Assembly (NCBI GenBank): GCA_964016885.1
Contig: OZ024745.1
Location: 36,146,001-36,210,000, forward strand
From: Eledone cirrhosa
Lineage: Eukaryota
Direction of reading: 5' to 3'
Length of the DNA stretch: 64,000 nucleotides
The translations under genes were made by a program, and so were the position numbers. Shown one piece after another: positions 39,188 through 54,591 of the stretch (positions are counted from its first letter, which is position 1; every line of letters begins with the position of its first letter). The notes below the pieces were generated by a model. The model worked only from the letters and a program-made list of their open reading frames with translations. It was not told the origin of the DNA and ran no database searches.

Positions 39188-39299
39188 ATATATATATATG
39201 TAGTAATAATAATACATTTGAAGACTAAAATCCAAAGAGGGATCGATAAGGATAAATATATATCAAATATATAAGAACCGTTGCGACAGGTTCAGAAAA

Positions 39300-41300
39300 A
39301 ACTCACAACCTCTCTATACAGGTTGAGGCCAACCTCTCGGTCGTTAATTACCTCGACGTGACCCTCAATTTATCGAATGGTTTGTATTACCTGTATAGAA
39401 AGCCGAATGATACGCTTAATTACATAAGTAAGCATTCCACCCACCCTGCCAGCATAACCAAGAACCTGGTAAGAAACGTTTCTTTGAGGCTTTCCCGTCT
39501 ATCTACTAACGAGCATATTTTCAACGTCCATTCCACATATTACAATGAAGCTCTTGCTCGGAGTGGATTTTTCACTAAGGTAGCATATACAGAGTACGAG
39601 AATAGACCTAGAAGAAATAGATCCCGTCGCATTATATGGTATAACCCACCATATAATATGGAGGTGGCCACACCATTAGCTAAGATCGTTCTATCCCTTA
39701 TTACGAAGCATTTTCCCCCTACACATAAATATAGTAACATTTTTAATAGAAATACTATTAAAATTTCTTACTCTACGACTCCTAACCTTGCACATAACAT
39801 CACAGCTTCAAATGTAGCTAAACTACCTATCCGTAGGAACACGTGCAACCCTGGAATTAGTACTAACTGTAATTGTAGGAATCGGGTTGATTGCCCCCTA
39901 TCCGGGAAATGCCTTTCTAGTAACATTGTCTACAAATTTAAGGTTGAAACACCCACGTCTCGTAGGGCCTACATAGGGTTAACCGCCAATAGATTCAAGC
40001 AGCGTCTTTACATGCATACCCATTCTTTTCGTTACCCTATAAGAAGGAATATGACGTCACTTTCAGCATATATCTGGAGTCTAAAAGACAACCACACCCA
40101 ATAGTTACACTGGGAGATCCTAGCTAGCGCTAGATCGTATAACGGAAATGAAAGACCATGTGACCTCTGCGCCGCTGAGGCCCTGGAAATACTCTACGCC
40201 ACAGACCACATCTTATACAAAAAATCTGAGGCAATTTCGGCTTGTAAACATAAATTGCACAAAACTTTCCTGTATTACAGCTCCACATTATACCCTAACG
40301 GATAGTACGATCTGTACGCGGATATTTTACGTCTTGATGTGGTAGCTAAGTATATGTTATGTTTATACCGTTACTTATTTGCATTGGTAAGTATATATTA
40401 CCTGTATGTTTTGTGAAGGTACGTATACTTTCTCGTACGTATATTTGATGGTATATGTTACGGCGTATATTTTTTATATATTTTGGTACATCTGCTTTTG
40501 ATTATGTGTATACGTGAGTTTTGCGTCTGTGTGAGTATGCGGGTTCGTACATATGTAGGGTGTGTGTATATGTGTACTTCGTGTTTTGGTTGATATACGT
40601 CTCCGAACATTTGTGTATTTACATGTAGGTATGTGTGTGCGCTTGTTATATACGTATTTATTTATTTATATCCGTTTATTTAATTATTTGTATACACGCA
40701 CACACACACACACATATTTATATGTGCGTGTATTTGTATACCTATGGCGAGTGTTTTCGCGTATGCTTGTGTATGTACGTATATGGATGCGTGTATGTAT
40801 TTATTTAATTTCAATTACCTCTGTATTTTCTTTTCTTTAATCTTAACTCTGAAGCGGAGAATCATTCGGTTTCCTAGTTAGAATTTTAGTCTACGACATG
40901 ACTTATACCATTTACGTGGTTTTGTCTTTGCGTGCAATTGTTCTCCACGGTCCACATATGACGTATTATCTTCGTTTTTTCCATTCATTGCCAGAGAACG
41001 TCTCTATGAACCACCTAAGAGAATGTTAGTCTACGACTTCTTCTATACCATAAACGTGGTTCTCTCTTTGCGTGTAATTGTTTTTCACCGCTCTAAATAT
41101 TGAGGTATTATATTCGTTTTTCCCGTTCTTTTCCAGGTAACGTTTCCACGAACCAAAGTATCGTCTTCCTGTCTTCCTCCGGTTGCAACGTTTTTTGAAA
41201 TATCCACTTCTGCGTTCACAGATTGACTTTGTTAGTTTCAGAAGATCCCGTTAAGAGTGAAAGCAGCGATTCTTTGCTTAAACTTTAATCTGTTATTTTA

Positions 41301-41305
<5 letters not shown>
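39300..41305 (+). mobile_element. 5'-truncated Penelope-like element (Naiad-like): RT thumb, Cys-rich linker, GIY-YIG, 3' pLTR
   Basis: ORF 39358-40104 has YRKPND...S.HP, RRIIWYNPPY, IFNRNTIKISYS, CNCRNRVDCPLSGKC and NIVY...YIGLT. It continues past one TAG to CDLCAAE...SACKH (~40303). The 3' region 40880-41305 is repeated at 59401-59685. Confidence 0.85.
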
Positions 41306-41385
<80 letters not shown>

Positions 41386-41480
41386 AAGATCGGAATTAAG
41401 AGTATTCCGCAGTTCACCGTAATAATAATAATAGTATTAGCTCAAAGAAGAATAGAGAATTTCCTTCTGAGCTCAAATGC

Positions 41481-41816
41481 AAATATATTACACAAAGAGA
41501 AGTGTGTTACACAGTGAGATGTGTGTAAAGAATTATTACAAGTGAGTTTTACCGTTACTGTATAGAGAACAATATCTACAGGTTTAGCAATTAAATAGAA
41601 AAAAACTAAGTCAGAATCAAGATTCGTATCAGCAAACCTATAGTTATAAGGTTGGTAATTTAAAAACTCTAATCCAGAGATTTGATTCTGACTTAGTTGT
41701 TTTCTATTTAATTGCTAAACCTGTAGATGTTGTTCGCTATACAGTAACGGTAAAACTCACTTGTAATAATTCTTAACACACATCTCACTGTGTAACACAC
41801 TTCTCTTTGTGTAATA

Positions 41817-41821
<5 letters not shown>
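41481..41821. repeat. Fold-back inverted repeat (~140-bp arms) abutting (TA)n
   Basis: 41481-41620 mirrors 41682-41821. Confidence 0.85.
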
Positions 41822-41851
<30 letters not shown>

Positions 41852-41858
<7 letters not shown>

Positions 41859-42169
41859 TTAGAAAGCCACAACAATGCAGATGGGAAATCTCGAGGTAGG
41901 AAGTGAGTGAGAAATAGGCATTCCTATGTTTTAACGGCATTCGTATGTTTTAACGACAATACAACTTTCTCGGGCTTAGCCTGTTCCCCCCTTTTGAAAC
42001 TTTCCCCCGTGAGCCCGAAATATTGGGATTAAATCTCCACTACGGTAACCCTTCTACCTTTGTTTTGTTTTCATTTTCGTTTCTCTCAATTTTCACTTTT
42101 CTCCTATTTCTCACTCACTTCCTACCTCGAGATTCCCCATCTGCATTGTTGTGGCTTTCTAAACTACAT
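41852..42169. repeat. Inverted repeat (~67-bp arms) between (TA)n tracts
   Basis: ATGTAGTTTAGAAAGCCACAAC...GAGAAATAGG mirrors 42103-42169. Confidence 0.8.
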
Positions 42170-42210
42170 ATTTTACACATTTCACAATGCTTCAAGCAAA
42201 CTTTAACACC

Positions 42211-42289
<79 letters not shown>

Positions 42290-42542
42290 TATATACTGGA
42301 TACCAGCCCGGAGTACACCTGAATTTTCACCAGGAAATCTTTCGTATCATTGAAATTTTCTTTGCTTCTTGCATTTAAATATTCCACGACTCTCTACCAT
42401 TTTTCCTTACTATAATTTTCTTACACCACCTTCTTCGTCTATTTTTCACTCCCACCCTAGTACATTCACTAAAGACATTTTTTCCAATTCCAATCCGTCA
42501 GTCCCCCCCCCCCCCAATCTATATTATTTCTTAGTCTTTCAT

Positions 42543-42573
42543 CTGACGAAGGACTGGCGTCCGAAACATTAAG
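42543..42573 (+). ncRNA. Minimal hammerhead ribozyme in a PLE pLTR-like repeat (42465-42665; second copy 61550-61740)
   Basis: CTGACGA-A-GGAC-TGGC-GTCC-GAAAC-ATT-AAG. Confidence 0.65.
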
Positions 42574-42660
42574 ACACTATTCGTGCTATATCAAGCGTTA
42601 ACCTAATATATCCCTTCCATATACTGTACCGATTCCGTTGTTATTTCTGTTTACCGTTTT

Positions 42661-42778
<118 letters not shown>

Positions 42779-43892
42779 CAGAACATGTGGTTATGTAACT
42801 CTATTGAATAGTTTATCATTTCTCACCTTCGTAAATTCTATGGAGACACTCTTCCACATATTCCATAATTTCGGTATCCCCAGGCTTCAGAATCCACTAC
42901 TTACATCAAATTAGAAATTAGAATTGTTAAAATATATATGGCAGACATATTAACATCTTTTTTTCCTCTCTTTACGTAATCAATAAAAAAAAACTTTAAT
43001 ATATTCCCTGAGAAGTTAAATTAATTCGTATTTGAAATTTCTGCAATAGCCATAAATATATTCGATAACGTAAAAACAAAATACACGTTTGGAATTGGAA
43101 AAACATTTTTATTTTTTACTCTTTATTGCCTTCGTCTACGAGGTGTAAGTATCTGACCTTGATTTACGTGAGGGAATTTCTGTTATTCTTTTAATTAAAA
43201 TAATTTAGTGAGAAAAACTAGAACGTGCAACATTCAAATGAAAAAAAGGTTAGCGTCGTACCGACTTCTGAATGATATTATTGTATTGTTTTAGACTACT
43301 CGAGGGATTTCAACGAGAGAATCGATATTATCATATATTTGATCTCTTATATTATATTAGCTCCTGCGAACCAGTTTGTATAGAGGACAACATATTTGAT
43401 TGAATTAATTTTCTCTATATTATTGATAACTGATGTTTTAAACTCTGCACTGATTGCTGGATAAGTAGGACCGTAACAGAAATTTGAACTTAGAATATGT
43501 AAAGTACAGACTCTACAACAACAAGAGAGTTTGTTTACACTTTCCATAAATGTCCTTCCATGGTCTAAGCATTATGGGAGGTATTAATATGACCATGAAC
43601 AGGTTTCGGAAAAGATATTATTTTGATGTTATATTTCATATTTTACCCCAAAATTGACTCATTCATATAATCACTTACAATTTAGGAGTATGTTAAAGAA
43701 CTACTGAATATTATGTAACTATCAGGCTAATTGATATACTCTTCTTAACACGATATAACAAATATATTTATATAGGTTAGAAAGCTGTGACAAGGTGAAA
43801 TGAGGCATTCACTCAGCTGTATAGCAACTACTAATAAGACCGACTGCTGTGTGCAAAATTCGCTCGACGCATTCTTCCAAATTATTCACACA

Positions 43893-44430
43893 TTCTTCTT
43901 CTTCTTCTTCTTCTTCTTCTTCTTCTTCTTCTTCTTCTTCTTCTTCTTCTTCTTCTTCTTCTTCTTCTTCTTCTTCTTCTTCTTCTTCTTCTTCTTCTTC
44001 CTGAGAGGGTCGTTGGGGCAGAGTCCTCAAATACTCCCTCAAGCAGTTCCTGTCAGAAGCAACCGGCTTTAACCAATCCGGAGGCATCACCATTCGTGAG
44101 CATGAAAGTTTATGGATGTTATCAAACCATCTTGCTCGGAGTCTATCGCTGAGTCTCCAACGATATGTTTTGCCCGTAAAATCTGTACAGCAATTCTATC
44201 TTTACCCATTCAAACCACATGCCCATAGTTTCGTAGCTGTGATCTCTTAATTAGGATTCAGGTCCATAGGCAAGAGTTGGCACGAATAGAGAATTGAAGT
44301 TGGTGAGTTTGGCTTTTATACCTACCTCTCTTCTCATGAACGAATGCTGAAGCTGGCGCATTACTACACCAGCTCTTGCATTTCTTGGATTTAATTCAGC
44401 CTCCTGCCTTCCATCGTTCGTTTATAGTCG
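43893..44430 (-). mobile_element. RTE-like LINE 3' fragment with a (GAA)n tail
   Basis: A degenerate minus-strand C-terminal RT remnant (LRNYGHV, then a ..RW.DNI-like segment) ends in a long (GAA)n at 43893-44000. Confidence 0.5.
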
Positions 44431-44474
44431 AAAACAGAATTTGTGTAGCACACTATTTAAGAAATATATATATA

Positions 44475-44670
44475 TAGGAAAAAATGTGACTCCGACGGCA
44501 GAGCTCAAGCCGTGTTGAGGGCTATTTCTAGTCCAGAAATAGCCATCGAAACGGCTTGAACTCTGCCGTCAGGGTCAACTTTTTTCTATTACCCACTTTA
44601 CTACCCTAAGTATTGAGTACTCTGGTGCGTTATGGTCCATCTGGTTCCTTACCACACCTCCTTAGTTATA
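44475..44670. repeat. TA-flanked short element with a 5' hairpin (44475-44588); family copies at 23720-23870 and 25861-25925
   Basis: Arms TAGGAAAAAATGTGACTCCGACGGCAGAG... and ...CTCTGCCGTCAGGGTCAACTTTTTCTA. The copies share the 3' part CTGGTGCGTTATGGTCCA..TGGTTCCTTACCAC. Confidence 0.7.
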
Positions 44671-46805
44671 TATATATATATAGATACATCGGCATCAGAT
44701 AACTATAATGGACAATTAATTATATTTATAAGGGGGTGAAGTTATTCGATTTAATATAAGGTAGTGCTAAAATGGTATTTCATTTTATCAATGCAGGAAG
44801 AATGGAACATTTAAATACAGCGAGATTTCTACCGACCGATGCCCTGACGAGTCAGACGAAATGGAACATGAACACAAACGAATATCTATAAACATTCATA
44901 AAAATCCGAATGCAGTCTTACGTAAAGTTTCTCAATAATGCTAGGGTAGTAACCGTTTTATTTATTCTTCCTACATTTTGAGTTTAGTTTAAAACTTAAA
45001 AGGGTCGGCTGTTTTTTCTATTAGTGTGTAGTCAGGGAAATAAAAACAGTTATGTACTGATATCAATTCAATTCAGTGTTATAGGTTGGTCAATACATCC
45101 ACTACTGTGGGAAACCAACATTAATTACAGTCTCAGTTTCATTAATATTCAGTAGGATTTAAGCCGCCATGAATAGTCAGGAGAGCAATCCTATTCTTAA
45201 TATTAGATCTGAAAGAATAGCACTTAAATACATTTATAAACCAAATAAAAGAAGCTCAAATCTTGGCAATGATAAATAAAAACGTTTGGTAGAAAGTAAA
45301 CAATAAAATCTCAATCGTAGTCAATCACAACATCGCAGGAAATATATTATATAGCTCAATAGAAATTAGATGGCGCTGACAGTCGTAAAATCCAAATATA
45401 TAATGTTAAAGAAATTTATAGCAAAACGCATAAATACAGAAATACGAAAGTCGAATAAATTATTGCAGCAAAACTGTGTATCGAATAAGAAATATATACA
45501 CTCAAGTATTAAACATTTTATTTTCAGTAAGATCGCCAGTTTCAGGAATTGCCTTCTTTTCTTCAAGCGTGATCTAAGACGTAACCTCATACAAATAGAA
45601 ACAACAGAAAGTTAGGATATCAACTGGCAGAGTAAGTTATAAGACCTTCAATAAATAAAAAAAGATCTTTAGAAAATAAAGTGATATCAAGAAGAAAGAA
45701 TAGATATTTCAATTAAATGTAATCAGAGTGTACGAATGGTTATAACAAAGTAACAATAATGCAAATAAATAAATGTATATATGTGAAATAGTATTTTCTT
45801 GAAAAAAGAATGAAGCCAATGTGAGGAAGGATAACAATAATGTTTGTTATGGAAATAAGAGAGAAAATCGTGATCCATCAAACCACAAAAATGCAGTAGA
45901 ATGCAGCAGCTACGTTACTGATCGTAGTTTAGAAAGTAAATTTCATGTCAAAGTATGCCGTTTATGACCTAGATGAAATTATCATTTATAAAGCGGAAAG
46001 TAAAGAATAGCAAAATATATAAAGGGAAATAGTTATATGCATATCAATTATATCATAATCAGTATCAGTGAAAAGTCGGTATGAAACCAAAGCTGGTGAA
46101 GAATCATGTAACTTATATGTGGAAAAGAAACTAGCGTTTTTACAGATTATTTCTTATTTAAACAGTCGATTCAGTTAAAGACGAGACATATTTATGACCT
46201 TGTCAGGATCTTTAAAACTTGTGGAAGGAAGCAATTAAGTTACACTCAGAGCGGCGTGTTTAACCTAATGCTTGAAACGTAAAATACAGGCGCTGATATT
46301 AATCGAATGACGAATTTACTCTACAACCGAAAAACAGGAGCGAATATTCTGGTTTGTCTGTGTCTAGCAGTAAATAAGTTTACTAATATAACATTAATAT
46401 TGTTAAAACATTGTAAATTACAGACAAGGGAATGATTATGATTTATGAAAACAAAAACTAATATAGATCGGAATTATTAGCTGACAAGTAATATCGTTAT
46501 TTATCTGGGAGTACTTATACCGCAAAGATGAAAACAATAAATTTGGATAATATATGATCAAAGAGTAATCTTGCTGCGATATGATGAGCTCAGCGGAGTA
46601 GAAAATTATATTTACGCTAGGATAATAATGCCACAGATTCTAATAATAGAAAATTGTATTGAGCGGTTTAAAGTACGTTCTATATTTCTTGTCAAGCTAC
46701 ACTGAAAATTCTCCAGATATGTTTTATTGTGAATAACGATATAATGATGATGATTATTATACTTACGAAAACATAAGGTCGTGAATTAGAAATCATTATT
46801 TGTGG

Positions 46806-47205
46806 ATTGGCAGTATCGGTGGAGCGTCGGACATCCTGTTTCACGGCATAGTTACATCCCTTTATGATCTGAGTTCAAATCTCGCCGAGGTTGACTTTGC
46901 CTTTCATCCTTACGGGGTCGATAAAATAAAGTACCAGTAATTTACTGGATTAATTGCTGGCCTTGTGCCAAAAGTAGAAATAATTATTTAAATAAATAAA
47001 TGGTGGTGGTTGGCAGTATCGGTAGAGGGTCGGACGCCATGCTTTCCAGCAAAGAGTTACGTCCATTTGCGGTCTGAGTTCAAATCCCGCCGAGGTTAAC
47101 TATGCCTTTCATCCTTACGGGGTCGATAAAATAAAGTACCAGTGATGTACTGGGTAATTGATGGCCTAGTGCCAAAAGTAGAAACAATTATTTAAATAAA
47201 TAAAT
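46806..47205 (+). mobile_element. Tandem dimer of the tRNA-derived SINE
   Basis: Two complete units (~46806-47000 and ~47010-47205), each ending AATTATTTAAATAAATAAATG. Confidence 0.85.
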
Positions 47206-47886
47206 GCCTTTGCTTTCAATGAAAATATCTATTTAAAGAGGCTAAATGCCTGTAGATACAAATCAAATTGTTTATACGCTCATTATATTATTAAAGTTTG
47301 CAAGTCAGTACTAACTGCAATATTTCATAGCTATAGGCAACTGGTATGCATAACAAATTGTTAATAAGATGAAAGCATCGGTACAAGGCATCTAGGATTT
47401 AGTATATGCATTTTAGAAATGGTAGTATAAAATGTAGAAGTGTAAACCAATTCTTCCAAAACCTTTGCACGTACTGTAGTACAAATATCCTTGAACAATA
47501 TACATTTACCAGTGAATAAGAATGTATTTTACATTTAGTTTAGAAAAAAAAAACGAAATGCAATAGACATCACAGAAAAATTAAAATCGAGAGAAATTTC
47601 TAAACATTCTTCACAAAAGTATCCATCCCGTATTGTTTATTTCGATAAGAAATAGGAAAGAAAAAGTTAATCTGGAATGTCAGATAAGTGAATTAATAGT
47701 AACATCAGTGAAATAGCTGCAAGTATTATACTATCTATGTTAGCAATAATAATAAGAGGGATGGAAATGGCATTGTTCCAACGATTCTTTAGAAGTACAG
47801 AAACACTAACATTGTCCACCTCTTGAGTTCGCCATCATTAAGAACAACAGACACACACACAAACGCATACACAGACACACATACAG

Positions 47887-47922
<36 letters not shown>

Positions 47923-47934
47923 GTATGAGTGTGT

Positions 47935-48895
<961 letters not shown>

Positions 48896-48944
48896 TATAT
48901 ATATAAATTACACAATAATCAATACTATGTTCAAATCATTGTAT

Positions 48945-48991
48945 TGCTGACAATCGTTTCTTCCAAACTTTCGTTTGATTTCATCAGAGCA
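48945..48991 (-). ncRNA. Canonical type I hammerhead ribozyme
   Basis: Minus strand reads TGCT-CTGATGA-AA-TCAAAC-GAAA-GTTTGG-AA-GAAAC-GATT-GTC-AGCA: 4-bp stem I, GNRA-capped stem II and a GUC site. Confidence 0.8.
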
Positions 48992-49519
48992 CTAGCAAAG
49001 TCTGGACATATAATTAACTTCCTATTCAACTGAACAATCATATAGATACATGAATATTAATGTTTCGTATTTATAGAGTGGAATGGATGTGACAGAGATT
49101 ACAAGAGAATTGTATAATAATTAAAGAGGCACAGAGTTGAATGCATGCGACAGACATTACAAGGGAATAGTATAATAATTAAAGAGGCATTAAGATAGAA
49201 AGTTACTCGTCAAACGAGGACACTAGCATTACATATGCAAGCGTATAGCGAGTGCAAATGCGTTAGGCATATACAGGACAGCTAGGTAGGAAACAAGCAA
49301 TGGTCCTAGGCATATATAATTACTGTATGGCAAAGGTATCACATACAACAACATAGGTTTACAAGCATATCAAGCAGCTAAAGATGTTTGTGTATTAAAA
49401 TTATGAGTTTATGGTGGATGTAGTGTGATAATTGTTTCTGTAATGTTCAAATGTGTATGTGTTGAGAGTATTAATATTATTGTTATAATAATAATATTAA
49501 TAACAATAATATTAATACT

Positions 49520-50905
49520 CTCAGGGTCTGTACATCCGTACAAATAACAATAATTCATTGATTGTTACGAAATATGTTATGGATAATGTGCACCATTTTG
49601 CCCATGGGTACAACGTGGTTTCCCCTCCTAACATTACATTGCCAATGCCAAGTGCTACAATTACAACTGGAATAGTGGTGACCTTTATATCTCACTGTTT
49701 TTCAATCCCTATTTCAAGATCCTTGTACATTGAGATCTTTTTCAAAAATCTCAAAGAGCACGGTGCAATGAGTAGGTGCAGACAAATCTGCCGTGAAGTA
49801 CATTTTGGTATTATTATAATATATGCTCTGTTCGCTTTGATTGACCTGTCAATGATCCTTTACCTTCCGAGTTCAAATCCCGCCAAGGTTAACTTTGCCT
49901 TCCATCCTTTTGGGGTCGATAAAATAAAGCACCAGTAATGCACTGGTGTAATTGCTGCCCATGCGCCAAAACTAAGGGCAGGTCAAAATGCTAATACATT
50001 ATCCAATATATGTATTGTGCAGCTTTGTCATGCTTGTTTAGGTATTCGGTTGGAGCTATAGGACTGCACATCGTGATTATATGATCACTAGTCTCTGGTT
50101 GTTTTTTACATACACGGCATAATGGGTTGGATCCATCTTTTATTATGTTGCCTTGATCATTTTATGTTGGCAGACACTGATCTTGTGCTGATAATTTTAG
50201 TCCTTCAGTCTCCGATTTCAGTCTAGAGGATGCCAACCACTGATGGGTTAAAGTGTTTTCAACATCAGGATAGTTAGCTCTTTCTGGCTATTTTACATAC
50301 AGAGGCTTTTTTTGCTATTTATTAGCCAGTTTCATTAGCACTTCTTTCTTTGCGGTTACATTTACCTGCTTTGCTTTTTTGTGTTTTTCATTTCAGCAGT
50401 AAAGGGAACTTCTGAAATGTGTAGTTCATTATTGTATCTATGTACATCTTTTATAATGGAGTATGATCTTTTGTGTCAAAACGAGTTTGATCATCCAATC
50501 ATGTTAGATATGTAGATAATCAAATTGGTGCAGTTTTCAAAGAAATATCTATCTGGATTAATCCACTTCCTCCTTCTTTCCTAGGGAGATATATTCTATC
50601 TGTATCTGCCTTAGGGTGATGCATGGTTAAGAATTTTTTCATTTTCCTATGGAGCCTACGGATCTCTGTGCTTGACCAGTTGATGACATTGTAACTGTAG
50701 GTTACTACTAGTATGGCAAGTGTGATTATGGCATCGATCATATCCCTTGCATTCAGCTCCGTTCTTAAGATTACTTTTACTCTGCGGTAACATTCCTTCC
50801 TTATCCTTTCTTTCATTGTCGAGTGCTTGATTCTGTCTCCTTCACAAACAACTATATATTTATAAGCTTCTTCTTGATCATGTTCTCTTATCACATTTCT
50901 CCGAT
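49520..50905 (-). mobile_element. R4/Dong-clade (RLE-type) non-LTR retrotransposon 3' fragment, interrupted by a SINE at ~49865-49975
   Basis: ORF 50520-50894 has YRRVKVILRTELNA...HHPKADTDRIYLPRKEGGSGL. Downstream are ETEGL..AQDQCLPT and a CRVC zinc knuckle, and an RLE C-terminus YKDLEI...TIPVVI.ALG near 49650-49730. Confidence 0.75.
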
Positions 50906-51075
50906 CAAGATTATTGACTGAACTTCTCCACAGCTTTCCTCTGGTGAACGTGGCTTTTGCGTATTAATTGTAATGTATAGGGCAACACATCTGGGTCAAT
51001 ACAAAGAGACTGTAGCGTTTTACAAAAGAATATCGAGTATGAAGAAGATAACAGGTAGCAAGTAACCAAATTATA

Positions 51076-51265
51076 ATAATTGTTTCTATTTTTTGGCACA
51101 AGGACAGCAAATATATAGCAGTGCATTACTGGTACTTTATTTTATCGACCCCGTAAGGATGAAAGGCAAAGTTAACCTCTACAGGATTTGAACTCAGACC
51201 GTAAAGGGGCGTAACTCTGTGCTCCAAAGCATGGCATCCGACCCTCTACTCATACTGCCAATCCA
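51076..51265 (-). mobile_element. tRNA-derived SINE
   Basis: Full reverse-complement copy with A/B boxes, core and tail. Confidence 0.85.
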
Positions 51266-51289
51266 CTAAGGAAAATATTCTATAAGTGG

Positions 51290-51895
51290 GTGCGGCACCC
51301 GTGTGTAAGCTACACACCCCACAGATCCTAAAGTATCCTAATCCCCAAGGACACAAAATGAAAGTTCCACTGTCCTTTCTAACCTCTCTAAAATATAGGC
51401 GCATGTGAAGTGTAGGCTAATTCACGCTACTTTCAGTCCCTTTGTCAGAAATTTACTGAAGGGCAGCACTTCTCAGTCCAACACTCACCTTCCTTTCAAA
51501 GTGGAACTAGAAAAACGTCTACGAGGATTTAGCTAAAGAGGAAAGTGCTTGTCATCAGTCCTTTCAGCCTCTCCACTGTACAACTTCTTCCACCACAGCC
51601 GCCAGACAGAGGAAGACTACCCACCCTTCTCAGCTAAAAGAAGGTTGCGGGTGACCTTCATGATGGACCCGGTCGATAGCTGGATCCGTCCTACACGCCT
51701 GTGTGATAAAACGCCACAAGTTAACAATACCCGGAGACTAGACGAATGCACGCAGAACGGTTTCGTGGCCCTGCACGCATCTCAGACAGGTCCATTGGAC
51801 AGCCTCTTTGCCTGTAGAGATTGTCTCTAACCAGCATTGTTCTTCAGTAGCTCTGCCAAGCCAGGGAGTTGTGAAAACATTCCATAGTCCCCGGC
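51290..51895 (-). mobile_element. Degenerate Tx1 3' fragment (zinc knuckle region)
   Basis: The minus strand aligns by eye with 13350-13800 (GAGACAA.CTCTACAG, TGTC.GAG.TGCGTG, GAAACCGT, GCTGAAAGGACTGA). Confidence 0.65.
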
Positions 51896-51896
51896 C

Positions 51897-52055
51897 TGTT
51901 TCTACTTTTGTAAGGCCAGCAATTACGCCACTGCATTACTGGTGCTTTATTTTAACGACCCCGTAAGGATGAAAGGCAAAGTTAATCTGGGCGGGATTTT
52001 AACTCAGATCATAAATCGCCGTAACTATATGCTGTAAAGCATCATGTCCGACGCT
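51897..52055 (-). mobile_element. tRNA-derived SINE
   Basis: Reverse-complement SINE core and tail. Confidence 0.8.
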
Positions 52056-53397
52056 ATATATTGCTAGGTTTGATGTCTTACACAAACAGAGATTTTTATA
52101 TTCCAAACCATTTCGTTTGATGAGAAAATCGGTCATAGATTCGAGATGATCGTAACCGATTAAGTCTCTGAGCAGCTCATTTACGAAACACGTGTTACAT
52201 GTGATTATGCCTAAAATATGTTAATCTAAAACTTCACTTTCTTTCTTAAAATATATATTTAACCTATAACGCTAATAACTAAGAGATGTATCTATTGATC
52301 TACAATGTTAACACTGAATATCGAATTCAGGTAATCTCATAGAGTGCGCTGAAATTCGTACCACCTGCATTAATATATAGTTAAGTCATTGTCACCTTGT
52401 CATTTGAGCAAACACACCGGAAAAGACGTGACCTTAATCATTTTCTTGAACTGCTAATATATTTAACATTATTACATAATAAAAGCGGTTTATTTTAATC
52501 TATTGAATTTGAGGTTATTGGATTTATTATTGAGAAGCCATACATGGTTCATATTTATTTATTATTTCTCGGGTTTGATATTTAGAAGCCAACTTCATCA
52601 CATCTATGATTTCTTAACAATAATAAACCCCGAGAGCTATAGAAAGCTATGGAAATTTCCTGGAAGAAGCGTTATTTTACGTCATCGATGTTCAATAGTC
52701 GATTGATATTCGAAATCGATTTCAAGCGCATATGCATAAATTGTTAATCTAAGAGATATGACCTACGTGTTTATTGTTTAGCATGTCATATCGTGTTTTT
52801 TGTTGTTGCTTTACGTTTAATGACCATTACGCTTAATGTCATTTAGAGATCATTTATTTAAATTTGTAATAAGTCCGTTTAACTGTCGTTATATTTCTCA
52901 TTATTATTATATTTACAATCTTATTTTATCTACCAATGCGAATATGCACCTTACTTTTTGATTCATATGGTAATCCTTTATAAGAAAATCATTATATACT
53001 TATTACAAATTACCGTATAATGTAATTATTTTCTTATCGTAGATTTCATAATTAGAATGTTACAAGTTTAATGATTCTGTTATATCATTAGGAAAATATA
53101 ACCCACAAACATTTATTTTTATTGTTAACTATACCAATCATTCATACGAAAGTGCGTATGTCAGCATATTGACATTACTGATATCTAATACAGAAAGATT
53201 AGTTATTATCTCTGTATTTAGTTAGACAAGTTCACAAGAGATATATGGCATGGCTCTGCCCAGCATACACCATGTGTTGCCGAAAGATTCAACCATATTT
53301 TATTTGCCAGATATTATTCAAAATGTTCATATTATTTTCTACATCAAAGCTATTAAAAAAATTGTAAATCATTTTCAGTGGAAATATATATCTGATA

Positions 53398-53435
<38 letters not shown>

Positions 53436-53487
53436 TGTACGTGATTCATTGAATTGCTGGTAATAGTGCCAAAACTACCACTTAACA

Positions 53488-53656
53488 GAAATGCAGAGGG
53501 CATATACTAAAAGTGCATATTTACAGGTGTATATTTTTATATTGTGTATAGACCTGTTATGCGCGATTCGCAGAGGATTGTCTCAGGGTCACTTCTCGAA
53601 GTTATTGACCAAACTCCGCCATCGATCTGCACTTCAGAGTGGGGATTCGACCCGAC

Positions 53657-53687
<31 letters not shown>

Positions 53688-53880
53688 GGATGAATATAAA
53701 ATGAAAGTGCTTTTGTTAAAAAAGGAATTTATTAGGTATTGACATATGTTTCTGTAACAGACCGAATACCTATGTATCGCTGCTTGCGTAATCATATAAT
53801 GTTAGCAAGTATTCGATAGCAAATGTATAAACAGTTGTCTAACGTAACGATATATTATCACTACATTATTGATAACCTGA

Positions 53881-53930
<50 letters not shown>

Positions 53931-54515
53931 GGAATAGAATGAAACGAAATTTCATTTCTCACTCTTAGTATGGCACTTACTTAAATGGAAGTATGCATGT
54001 ATGTATACGTACATACATATATGTATACAGGCGTACAGTAGTATGTACATACATGCACATATATATATATGTGCACGTATCGGTTTACCGAACATTTATT
54101 ATAATGCTCGGTGTGTTTGTTTGTAAACAAACAAACAGCCCGAATTAGGCCGTACAGTGTTTAGGAAACCTTCCTGCCAGAAGGTATACGATGCTGAAGA
54201 TAGCTAATAAGCTTGAAACTAGTACATCGTTCCTGTGTCAGTGTTGAACAAAAAGGTGACGTCGTTCCCTAAACACTGTACGGCGTAATTCGGGCTGTCT
54301 GTTTGTTTAAAAACAAACACACCGAGCATTATAATAAATGTTAGGTAAACCGATACGTGCATATATATATATGTGTGCATGTATGTATATATATACATAC
54401 TTCTGTACGCCTGTATACATATATGTGTGTACGTATACATACATGCATACTTACATTTAAGTAAGTGCCGTACTAAGAGTGAGAAATGAAATTTCGTTTC
54501 ATTCTATTCCATTTA

Positions 54516-54591
<76 letters not shown>

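Noticed and set aside
39358-40303. Selenocysteine recoding, as described for some Naiad PLEs
   Set aside because: The Cys positions seen are TGT/TGC and the single in-frame stop is TAG, not TGA. No SECIS could be supported by eye.
44844-44862. CTGACGA-GTC-A-GAC-GAAA hammerhead-like core
   Set aside because: The stem II loop is only 1 nt and there is no stem I or III pairing. At best a decayed remnant.
45000-46700. A-rich stretch that might be an ancient LINE ORF
   Set aside because: Only vague compositional hints. No motif could be read reliably.
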